The notes beneath the pieces are model-generated. The model made no database searches, had not been told where the DNA came from, and saw only the letters and a program-made list of their open reading frames with translations. DNA of 26,802 nucleotides from Amoeboaphelidium protococcarum X5 (Eukaryota > Fungi > Aphelidiomycota): positions 1 to 26,802 of the forward strand of contig JALDTO010000263.1 in NCBI GenBank assembly GCA_023515725.1. The letters are read 5' to 3'. Made by a program: the position numbers and the translations under genes. This document shows positions 11,645-22,705 of the stretch, one piece after another; within the stretch, counting starts at the first letter, position 1, and each line of letters starts with the position of its first letter.

Positions 11645-12781
11645 ATGAGTCCTTATAGTCCGCAAGCTAGAGAAGTGGTTGTAGATGATCCGATAGGCAA
11701 GTTATCTGAGCTATTTTCGTGTATCTTGGTTACAGGTGGTGCGGGGTTCATTGGCTCGCACACCTCGATCCGGTTGTTGCAAGAAGGGTGCCGAGTAGTC
11801 GTTATCGATGAACTGAATGATTATTATGACGTCAGTATCAAGCATGAAAATTTGCGTCTTATCAGGTAGACAGCTACACTGATGGGCCCTCTGCATGATG
11901 GATAGAAGAGATTTTAGTTTTACAAGGCTGATATTTGCGATAAGAATCTTTTGATGCAAATCATTCAAAATCACAATGTCGATTGTATAGTTCATCTGGC
12001 TGCACGCGCTGGTGTCAGAAATTCCATTGATAAACCTGAACTGTATGTCCACTCCAATATATTGGGATCTACCGCGATATTTGATGCTGTCAGGATATTG
12101 AAAGCTGGTGGGCGCGATATGAAACACGTCGTTTACGCATCATCCTCCTCTGTTTACGGCGGCAATACCAAAGTGCCCTTCTCTGAGAGTGACATGCTGT
12201 TGAATGTTGTGTCTCCATACGCGGCTACCAAGTTAGGTACCGAGGCTTTGGCAATGTCTTACTCGTCACTGTCCAAGGTGAAAATGACTGGCCTCAGATT
12301 CTTCACAGTGTACGGACCCCGTGGACGACCTGATATGGCTCCGTTCAAGTTTGTTGATAGAGTATGTCGCGGTATCTCCATTGATCAGTATGGTGATGGA
12401 TCTTCCTCTCGTGATTACACGTATATCGATGATATTGTAGATGGTATTTGTGGTTCTTTGCTGCGGCCATACGTCATTGATGGCATTGAGTAGTTGCACA
12501 CAGTTTACAACTTGGGCAACTCGTCGCCAGTGACTTTAAACGAGTTCATCTCCACAGTGGAGATGGTATGTCACACCAAGGCCAAGATTAAATTACTCCC
12601 TATGCAACCTGGTGATGTTGACAGAACGTTTGCTGATATCTCTAAAGCTTAGCGTGACTTTGGATATAGTCCGCAGATTAGTTTGAAGTAGGGGTTGTCT
12701 CATCTTGCGTCATGGTGGCAGAGGAAGTACGGCACTGAAGACGACCAGTCTGACAGCGCTTTCAGTGATGAGTCATTATGA
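11645..12781 (+). CDS. UDP-glucuronate 4-epimerase-like extended SDR (GAE/CapI-type), intronless
   Basis: [100 protein letters not shown]. Confidence 0.9.
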
Positions 12782-13095
12782 ATTAAGTTAACACACACAC
12801 TCTCTAGTATTTAATCTAAATCTTTCTTTCTCTTTGTTAACTTTTGATATTGCTTGTTATTGCTCAATAAGATGCAAACGGGCGCGAACACTACGTGAAC
12901 GGTATATCAAAAGCTCGGCAAGTTTATCGTCGCCCGATCGTTTGTCCGTTCTTCATCTCTCTTTAGTCTCTTTCGTCTTTCTCGCTCGTCTCTCTGTCTC
13001 TCTCGCTGTTAAATCTTTGTTGAGCGTCTCTCTTTCTGTTGTGTGTTTATCAAGCAGTAAATATCTAATTTGTGCAATTTTAAGATATTTATTAA

Positions 13096-13935
13096 ATGGC
13101 CGAAACTAACGGGACTGCCCCATAGCTGACTGGAAGAGTTGGCTCTTTAACTGAGTAATAAAGTCAAGTGCTGGAGTAATTTAAAGCTGAGTTGACATAG
13201 AAGAGTTTATTGAATGCCGAGAGACATGATGACCATTTACTACTGCGATTTCTGAGAGCTAGAAAGTTTGATTTACCTAGAGCCGTTGAAATGTTCACCA
13301 ATTGCGAGTAATGGAGAAAGGATAAGGATGTGGAGGGTATTTTCTAAAACTTCAAGTTTGAAGAGTGGAAGGAGGTGAATAAGATCTATCCTCGCTTCTA
13401 CCACAAGACTGACAAGTTGGGCAGACCAATCTACATTGAAGTCCTGGGTGGACTGAATCTTGAGCAGTTGTTCCAGGCTACATCTAGAGAGCGTCTGGAG
13501 AAACAGTTTATCCTGGAGTATGAGAAGTTGATCAGAGTGCGTCTACCAGCTTGTAGCAAGGCTGCCGGAAAGCACATTGAGACCAGTTGCACTATTCTGG
13601 ACTTGAAGAACTGCTCCGTGATGCAAGCGCTGAAGATTAGAGATCTGCTGAAATTGATCACGGACATTGGCCAGAATTACTACCCAGAGACGATGGGCGT
13701 GTGCTTCATTATCAATGCACCATGGATCTTTGACACTGTGTGGTCCGTGGTCAAGATCTGGATGGACGAGGTGACGGTGAAGAAGTTTCAGATTTTCAAA
13801 TCGGGCAAAGATCACAGCGCGGCGCTGTTTCAGGTGGCTGATCCGGCCAACATTCCGTTCATTGTCGGCGGTGCGTGCAAATGTCCAGAGGGATGCGATC
13901 AGAGCGACGCTGGTCCGTGGAATCCAAAGAACTGA
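13096..13935 (+). CDS. SEC14: Sec14 phosphatidylinositol/phosphatidylcholine transfer protein (CRAL-TRIO)
   Basis: [67 protein letters not shown]13096 is in frame with ORF 13375. Confidence 0.95.
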
Positions 13936-13940
13936 TCGCA

Positions 13941-13984
13941 TTGAAGTTGATTGATTAATTGATTGATTGATTGACTGACTGACT
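13941..13984 (+). repeat. (TTGA)n/(CTGA)n tetranucleotide array directly 3' of the SEC14 stop
   Basis: ttgaagttgattgattaattgattgattgattgactgactgact. Confidence 0.8.
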
Positions 13985-14254
13985 GTGGTTGTGGCTGGTG
14001 CGGCGAGTGAGTATGAATAGAAGCTGTAGCTCTCTCTTTCTTTTTATTATTGAATTCTCTATATTAATGCCGGAAGGTAAAATCATGTTTTCGATTTATA
14101 ACTCGTGTAACGGAGATTCGGTTCAGCCAATCATTAACAAAATCGACTTTCCCGATCATCATTTGGCCATCCCAATAACTTCTATTTATTGATATCTTTA
14201 AGAAATTACATATTTGGCCTAGACACAGAGACACTATTTGATTAATAATTGGAG

Positions 14255-15595
14255 ATGGCAGCTTATAATACGGCAGCTTCAATATTGTTGTGGTCATTTC
14301 TACCATCATTTCTGAGTACTGTTGTATTGCGCGTATTTTACGCCACTATTGGTCCTTTATTTGTCAAGAGATTCAATGCTAGTCCTGATGGTAAGAGAAA
14401 TCAAGCATTGTAGTATCAGATCCATTGGAGATACACGCTTTTGATATTGCTTTCTCTATACCTGGGTGCATCTATCGTGGAGCCGCTGTATGGTTAGATT
14501 AATATAGGAAATGTCAACACCACCGTTGCCAGGTAAAAGATCCACCAGAATCCGCTTATAACCGAATTTCAAATCACTCCAGAGAATTTCACAACTCGTG
14601 CTCTAAAATCTGCATTCAAGAAGAAATCGCTGGCTTATCATCCAGACAAGATTTAAAATTAAGACACTGCGGCTGGTGATGCTGAGTAATCATTTCTGCG
14701 CATTAGAGCACTTTATGAAATTCTGAACAATCCTCTGACGCGTTCGATGTTTGCTGTGTTTGGTCCAGACGTTGAGCAATGTTCCACCATATCCTCCAGT
14801 ATAGATGCCAGTCTAGTCAAGGCGAATGAACAATTTAAATGCAAGACATTAGGAGACTTTTATTGGAACTAGATGATGAAAGTGTTGGGATTCTATGGCG
14901 GACTAGTCAGTGTTGTGTACTTTATTGAGTTGATTAGTGGCGCCTTAAGCAAGACTTAGAATTAATCATCCAGTGTACTTCACAATGGAAATTAAGGTGT
15001 TTGGTAGTCTTTTGGGATTGGTATGAAATCTGTGAGGTATCTCATCTTTTTGCTTGCATTTGCAATTGAGATGGATCTTATTCACGGTGCCTTTTCACAG
15101 AGTGCCTTTATAGCATCTAAAGATCACTAGAATGCAATGTCTTCAGACTTGAATTAAATTCCGTCCACGTCTAATACTCTGTACTATTTCCGACTTCGTG
15201 CTATTTGGCAGTTTCTCAATCAGTTCGCTGGCTGGAGATCTTGCACCATTTCTGATTAGATTTAGATTTTGCGATCATGGGCTCTAGCCATAGTTATGTT
15301 TATGCAATAATCTCTGCCTGTCGTTCGGGACTTGTTAACGCTCTGGGAAACTCAAAGATTGCAGCGTAATTCTCAGGTAAATTCTGGACCTTAAAGTGGA
15401 TCTGTGGACTTGAAGTAATACATGACAGATTAGAACTTACTTATCAATGCTCTAGAATATTCATAAAGTCAAATACTGCATCTGTTAGCATTACCAAGTG
15501 ATTTGTCAAGCGATGCTGATGGTACACCTCAGACTTAGATGGATGGAATTCAAACATCTGTATCTGATCAAGAAGAGGAATAGGGTGAACGGTGA
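14255..15595 (+). CDS. Membrane-associated DnaJ (J-domain) protein
   Basis: Open with TAR=Gln from ATG14255 to TGA15593-15595. N-terminal hydrophobic segments, LKSAFKKKSLAYHPDK..FLRIRALYEILNNPLTRSMFAVFGPD, CKTLGDF, then further hydrophobic helices. Absent from the ORF track. Confidence 0.85.
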
Positions 15596-15682
15596 GGCTA
15601 ATAAATTATAATGTCCTCATCAGCGTATATATTTCTTAACCTTTTTAAACTTCAATATATAAAATTCATTTCAATCAATCAA

Positions 15683-16459
15683 TCAATCTTATTCTTCATC
15701 GTCTTCCTGTACAGTATTAGAACCACCTGGAGACAGAGCATACGATGGATTCTACAGAAGAGATGCACAATCAACATTCTTGGCCAAATCTCGCGGATAC
15801 TAGCCTCTGACATTCTTCACTCTGGTCAGTTGAATGCCATCTGGGTGTTGCAGAATCAGCTTTACGGCCTCAGGATAACCTCCCCACGCGGCGCCATGCA
15901 GAGCAGTATCTCCAAGAACATTCTATGTGTCAATGACTGGATTACCAGCTAGAAGAATCTTGGCACAATCCAAATGTCCAAAGCGACATGCCCAGTAGAA
16001 TGCAGTGTTATTCGCACTATCCAAAGTATTGATGGAAGCACCAGCCTTCATTAAATCTTTGATAAACTCCACATTGCCTCGCTTAGCTGCCTCATGCAAT
16101 GGATGATCAATCTCGGAGGATTCTGCCAGAATGTCTGCCGGAACATATCCCTCCTTGTTATTCACTCTGCACTTGACTCGATGTCCCAGGGAATTACCAC
16201 CACCTCCACTCTTATATCCACTCTCAATAATACATACAATATCTCCCTCATCAACACTAAGTTCATCTGGCTTCTAAGCTACAAAATCAAAGCACTTATA
16301 GTTAATTCATTATTGTAATGAACAATCACAAAACGACATCATACCTTTGTACTCTTTAGACACTTTAACAACACTAACCTGTGTCAATCCTCTTCGTCGC
16401 GGTACAGCTGGCGGAACTGCCGCGGGAACAGGACCACTCTACTAAGTAGTCACTGGCAT
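15683..16459 (-). CDS. OSTF1: Osteoclast-stimulating factor 1 homologue (Pro-rich, SH3, ankyrin repeats, acidic tail); intron 16279-16344
   Basis: PDELSVDEGDI..GYVPAD..IDHPLHEAAKRGN..TAFYWAC..DT[TAG=Q]NVLGDTALHGAAWGGY..CASLL follows the OSTF1 layout. Confidence 0.9.
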
Positions 16460-16705
16460 TATTTATCAATTTCTTTTCAACTTTGGATAGTTAAAATGGA
16501 CAATCAACGCTGATCACTTTCCTGTAGAAACGTTGTTGTGTCAAGTCGGGAAGAAAAACGGCGCTTTCAGATCGTTGTTGCGAAGGACACGAACACACTC
16601 ACACTGAACAGCTGATCATAAGTGGGTAGATTTTAAGAGAAAATCGTGTGATAAGATCTTTACAACACTATGCTCAAAAATAAAAACAGTAAAATCTAAC
16701 TTCAT

Positions 16706-17539
16706 TCATCGTCGGAGAATCATCAGTAATAAACCGCAGAGAGAATACCATGTGACGATATACTCGAGATGTTTATTACGAACATTTAGTGACGCGGTGT
16801 TTACAATCGGATCTCTGCCATTGAATTTATTAGGATCAAGCAGGTGTTGATTTGCAATAACGTCATGCACAGAGTCACCTGCAAAAACTTCTTCTATAAA
16901 TACATTCTGAGAAAAACTGTTCTTCTCATCACCACCCACAATCTACCGGCAATACTGGGCTTTATCTTTCATCTCAAGCCAGAGCCATCGAGGGAGGTGA
17001 TCATTGTTTGGAGTTTAATCGCGCGCGTTCGGATTAATACCGCACCAATGGAGCAGTCTGGCCATTGAGGATTGGTATGGACGCGGATCTCTGACTATTC
17101 CCTCAATTTGAATATTTTGTTCAGTCTTGCTCTAGTTCACGAATTTACCAACATCATTCACAGGTACCCAGCCTCTATTAACAAGAATCTGCTGCGGACT
17201 GCCATAGTGACGTAATCGCTAATACTTGAGAGGCTAATAAATCTAATATCCAGTATTTTCTGCACCATGCTTCGTTCGCGGTCCTACAAGCATAATTTAA
17301 TCTCTTTTCACACTTCCTTGCACTTTGACGCGTTAATGTAATAGACTATCTATATCCTGATCATCTGTTAAATTGTTCATATCAATTGGATTACTTTAGA
17401 GTTTCGTCTCCATATCTTGCAGAAGCGTCAACTTGCGCTGATAGCGATACACTTGCCACGTTCCCAATCCAAAACACAGAGCGGGAAATGTGTAGAACCA
17501 TCTTGGATATCTTTTCTTCATCAATCTCGATCTATCCAT
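16706..17539 (-). CDS. SURF1: SURF1/Shy1 cytochrome c oxidase assembly factor
   Basis: FGLGTWQVYR, ILVNRGWVP and NKHLEYIVTWYSL; single frame from ATG17539 to TGA16706. Confidence 0.92.
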
Positions 17540-17756
17540 GATTTCAAAATAGCGATTGAATAACGCAAAGAAAATGAAAAGTTCTCGTACTTGAACTCTA
17601 TCGCTTTCTCGCTCAAAATTTTTCCGTCGTCTGAAGAGAATCAGTGCGATCTTTTACTTCCTCTCTCTTGTAAAGGTAAAGAAAGACTTAGCAAACGAAT
17701 TGTATACCGTAATTTCGAGTATGGCTTCGACTGCAATTTAATGGGTGAAGGAGAGA

Positions 17757-18083
17757 ATGCCGAAAATCTACCTCATAAATACTAATGAGTATCCAAAGTT
17801 TGAGTATCCAAGAAACTCGGGAGTGATGCATGAGTACCCGCACTATGTGGTTGCTGGTAAGCGTGTACCTACTGGACACATGGCGTTCGCTGGCATCTTT
17901 GGTGTGTTCGTCCTATATAAGACTATATCGACTCTGCGCTCTTTGGGGTCATCGTCATCTGGTAAATCTCATCATCACGAGACTGTTGCTGATGTTCACT
18001 TCCCTGCTGTGAAGAGAGACTGGGAGGGTGAGAAGAAGGAGTTTTTGGAGAGTTATATTTAGACTCACATGAAGAAGCATTGA
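17757..18083 (+). CDS. ATP19: Small membrane protein resembling ATP synthase subunit k (Atp19); start may instead be ATG17826
   Basis: YVVAGKRVPTGHMAFAGIFG resembles yeast YHFMGKAIPPHQLAIGTLG, and KKEFLESYI[TAG=Q]TH resembles EEKFIENYLKKH. Ends at TGA18081-18083. Confidence 0.6.
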
Positions 18084-18298
18084 TTGATTGATGCATTTGA
18101 TGCCGTGGTCACTCTTTGCAGAAGCATTACAGGAACCATGATCGATCATCTTTACTGAATTTATAAATAACTTTTTACCTGGCTTTGATCTTTTCTATAC
18201 TCATATTCCTTCATAGTAATAATACATCTAGGATTCTTATTGATTTATAGTGCATTCAACTTATATTGACGGGTTTTAAAGTACACTATTGGGACAGT

Positions 18299-20845
18299 AT
18301 GATGATCAACACTGGAAAGAAGCAGTCGCAAGATAATGTTAAAAACTCTAAACTGCAGTTAGGTGCGGCCACGCAACAGCAGCAACTTCCAAAATAATTC
18401 AACTCGAATGCAGCCGTAGATGTATCGATACTAAAGTCTTACACTATGCGTGATGATATCAAGACTGAAGGTATTGGCGGCGTCAAAGATCGCAAAGGGA
18501 AATCAACTGATTCGCTGAATTAACAAGATCAGCAGTAATCAGCTGAAGCACGGGGTGATGAAGACAAGTAGCTGTAATAGCAATCTGTTATCTAAAAGTT
18601 TATCAGTCGCGTATCTAATCCGTTCAAGCCTAAATTCTCTGCACTGCTGTCAAAGTCTGAAGGAGCGCTGAGTCTATTTACCGCTGTGGATGAAACCTCT
18701 GATGCTCCGATTAGCTAGACTGAGGTTATCAAAGCTCCTATAGTGGTACCGTTCAATATCAAACAAGATGTTGCAGTTAACAATGAATAATTTATAGTCG
18801 CGGATATTAGCAAAGATACATAGGATGCGAATGAGCAAGGTGAGATGGACGACATGGTTGGTGAGATATCTTAAGTACAGCTATTGCCAGGGTACTTGAA
18901 GCATATTCTTCCGCTGACTGGCGAAAACTTATGCTTGAAGCTGCAGGATAATCTATCCGATGCGTGTAAGTTGCTAATCTTAGACTTTCGCCCCTTTGCC
19001 GCGTTCAATAATTGTAGAATTGTGGACTCAGTGAACATTCATTTGCCATCGCTGTTGATGAAGAGATTTCGACGTGGCTCGGTGTAGCATTTATCTGTGG
19101 AAACTCTCATTTGCAGTGATGATGGTAAGCGCCGCTGGAGAGAGTTGTAAAGTGCGGCTGATGAATTCCATCTTGTGATCTTGGATGATGAATTGCCTTT
19201 GAACTAAAACGGGTGGTTGTAATTGTCGAACTCTGCCATTTCCGTTGTGATGGCTTTAGTGGACAAGGAGCTTAACCAAGTTACCAAGTGTCGCCCTTTT
19301 TATCTGGCTGGAGGCTTTTCGGAATTTCTTGAATACAGTCAGAAATCCAGTCTGGTGCTTGGAGATTCCACATTGTCAAATGAACGCTGGATCGTGTATG
19401 GAAGTGGTGAAGACTCGGTAAAGTTGGCCCTCCCTGAAAGCAAAGTTTATGGCGGCGATAGCAATCAAGTCGTTCCACAATCGCCGTTAAAATCTGCTTC
19501 TATTCAATCAAAGAAATTTGGTCGTAATAGTATGAGGCTGTCTATTGCTACCCCAACTTTGCCTATATCTGGGCTCAATTTAGGCGGTATCAGCAATTTA
19601 AGTTCCCCCTCAACCGACTCGCCGCGTATTTAAGCTCAAGTGTCCAGATCATTGAACAGCACGAATGAGAGCTTGCAGAGCCCACTTAAGTCTGCCATGT
19701 CTTAGAATAGAAAGTCGGCGCGTCTATCTCTGCTGGGTCATTTGTCGTTGTACAAGTAGCACAATAGTCATCTTGCTCCCAGAAGGTCTCTCGCCGTAGT
19801 TCAGGACGACAGCGAGCGTGTTGAATCAGTATGTGGAGGCTCTTTGGCGGACATGTCGGAGGAATATGAGGACATGATGATGATGGATGAATCTAATGCA
19901 CTGAATAGTAGTCAGAAAGCATCCCCGATTGACCGCGAGACGCATCTTGATTGCTCCAAAATTCTGGACTGGCTTTACTTGGGTGCTGATCCGACTGTAT
20001 ACAAGAACTCCAACTCTGGAAGTCGTCCATGTAGTCCAGTGGCCACCAATCGACAGTCCGGCTGTAATTCTAATGAAGTTTGGATTTCAGTGCCATCTCC
20101 ATCAATGTCTCGTCCTACATCTTTGGCTCCTAGAAGTGCTGCGATTGTCACCGAAATGTATCAGTCATCCGATTCTGAGAGTTAACCATCGTTAAAGTCA
20201 CCCGTGTCCAATCCAATTGCATCCAAGCGCGTCTCTACAGTTACCACCTAGGATGAGGACCGCGTATTCTCTTTTAATCTGCCGCTTGCGGATACCTATA
20301 AGACACCAGAATCTGAAGTTGACTAGTCTGTATTAATGCGTGATGTTCTTCCACCTTAGAACCAGACAAGACACGGCCACATAGTTGATATTGAAGCGAC
20401 AACTCTAAAGTTGAGAAATTATGGAATTCAAGCGATTATGAATATGGCTCTTGAATGTCCTGACCTTGGACCGCATCTTTCGAAAGCTGAAAATAATGGT
20501 GCTGATGGTAAAACTGCTATTCAGTACGAAAAGCTTGGTATGTGGGACAACACGGAGGAGGACGCAGAGTAAAATGTTTATCAAGCGGCTCAGGTAATCG
20601 AGAGTATCCATCGTGCCGACAACCAGAAACTGATCTATGTACATTGTAAAGCTGGCAAGTCACGATCTGCAACTGTTGTTATTTTTCTATTGATGAAACT
20701 GAATGGATGGTCAGTCTCTGAAGCTTACGATTACGTGAAGATGCGGCGCCCTTGTGTCAGTCCTAATCTGGGCTTCATGAGTGTTCTCAACAAGTTAGAG
20801 CTTCGTCTTAAAGAGGACAATAGTAAATTAGAGTAGGATGTATGA
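18299..20845 (+). CDS. Dual-specificity MAP kinase phosphatase (rhodanese/KIM domain plus DSP domain)
   Basis: LLILDFRPFAAFNNCRIVDSVNIHLPSLLMKRFRRG, YLAGGFSEF, SKILDWLYLG, IYVHCKAGKSRSATVVI and RRPCVSPNLGFM in one frame with TAR=Gln. Confidence 0.9.
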
Positions 20846-20990
20846 ACGAACATGCAATATAGATACATTTTTGTGATCTTTATTATGATGAGTTTCTTAA
20901 TAGAAAGCTGTCAATCGCTTACTTTAATGTTCAGCTCAATCTACAAACTTATTCTTCGCCGTTTAAAATTAGATCTGATCACATATAACA

Positions 20991-22534
20991 ATGAAGTCGT
21001 TTGTACACTATACCAGTGATTCCGATTTCCCAATTTAGAACATCCCTTTTGGTGTTATTAGCACTAAAGGATCTGTAAGTAGTTACATTAATGCATCAGC
21101 GGTTTTATTGATAATGTTAAAGTTCGTAGGCTGAAGATAAGCGTCCTGCAAGTCGCATTGGAGATTTCGCTGTTGATCTTCGCGCATTGGCTACAGCTAA
21201 TCTCTTCAATGGACCTTTACTGAAGCAACATGCTATCCATGTATTTAGCGAGGTATAATTTAGCTCTTATAATTATAGTGTTCACTTTAATTGTCTGGTC
21301 TGAGGATGATGATCCGTGTCTTTGTAGAGCTGTTTGAATGAGTTTATGGCCATGGGAAAGGGGGCGTGGAGAGAGGCTCGTGCCACCCTATAGAAGTTGC
21401 TGAGTGTGGATGATTAAACTCTGCAGGGTGATGAAGAGTTGAAGCGCAAAGTTCTGATTCCAATGTCTGATGTGATTGTGCATCTTCCGGCTGACATTGG
21501 AGATTATACCGACTTTTATGCGTCCAAGGAGCATGCTACCAACGTTGGCATTATGTTTCGCGGTAAAGAGAATGCTCTGATGCCAAATTGGACTCATTTG
21601 CCTGTTGGATACCATGGACGTGCGTCTTCCATTGTTGTCTCTGGTACTGGCTTGCACCGTCCATGCGGTCAGAGAAATACTGCGCCTAAAGGTGAGTAAC
21701 CAAAAACAGCTTTCGGTCCGTCTTAGCGTCTGGACATTGAACTGGAAATGGCCTTCTTCATTGGAAGTGGCAATAAGCTGGGCGAATCCATTTCTGTTGA
21801 CAATGCTCTGGATCACGTATTCGGTGCTGTATTGATGAACGACTGGAGTGCCCGTGATATTTAGGCTTGGGAGGTAATTTAGATTTGCATATTTTATAAA
21901 TCCAAGACTTGACACGATGATATTTCCTTACAAGAGTGTAGTATGTTCCGTTAGGACCTTTCTTGGGCAAGAACTTTGGCACCTCAATTTCACCTTGGAT
22001 AGTCACAATGGACGCATTGGAAGAGTTTAGAGTCGCTGCGCCTAAGCAGGATCCTGTGCCTCTGGAGTATTTGAGACAATCTAAGGGCAGTGACAAGACT
22101 GCCTATGATATCAAGCTTGGTGTCCACTTGAAAGGTAATGTCTCATATTGTCCAATAATCACTCATAACCTATGTAAACTTTCTGTGTAGCTAATGAAAG
22201 CCAAAAGCACTCCGTGATCAGTTAGTCTAATCTGAAGCATATGTACTGGTCGGTGAGTCAGTTCGTGGCACACCATACTGTCAATGGTTGTAACTTGCGC
22301 CCCGGTGACTTGATTGCCACCGGAACTATCAGCGGGCCGACTGAGGACTCTTTCGGCTCCCTTCTAGAGTTATCTTGGAGTGGAAGCAAGAAGATTGAAT
22401 TAGAGGGGGGAGTGTCGCGAACATTCTTACAGGACGGAGATGAGATTAAGCTGACTGGATATGCTCAAGGCGAAGGTTACAGAATTGGATTTGGCGAGTG
22501 CACCGGTAAGATTCTACCTGCCAAGTTGAATTGA
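20991..22534 (+). CDS. FAH: Fumarylacetoacetase; introns 21075-21129, 21253-21327, 21874-21941, 22135-22190
   Basis: SDFPI[TAG=Q][50 protein letters not shown][TAG=Q][26 protein letters not shown]. Confidence 0.97.
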
Positions 22535-22705
22535 TTTTGGTTGAATAGGTGATAAGTTATCTACTGGCTGGCTGGCTGGCTGAGAAGGAATGAAAAATCT
22601 AAATACAAAAATTAATGAAGATGAAAATGTATTCGCACTAGTCACCACATCGATAATACTTTTAGATGCACCATACGTTGCAATTAAAGATACTCTCTCA
22701 ACAAC

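Noticed and set aside
12940-13050. CT-rich tract upstream of SEC14, and (TGGC)n near 22565
   Set aside because: Ordinary simple-sequence DNA in promoter/UTR regions with no further structure seen.
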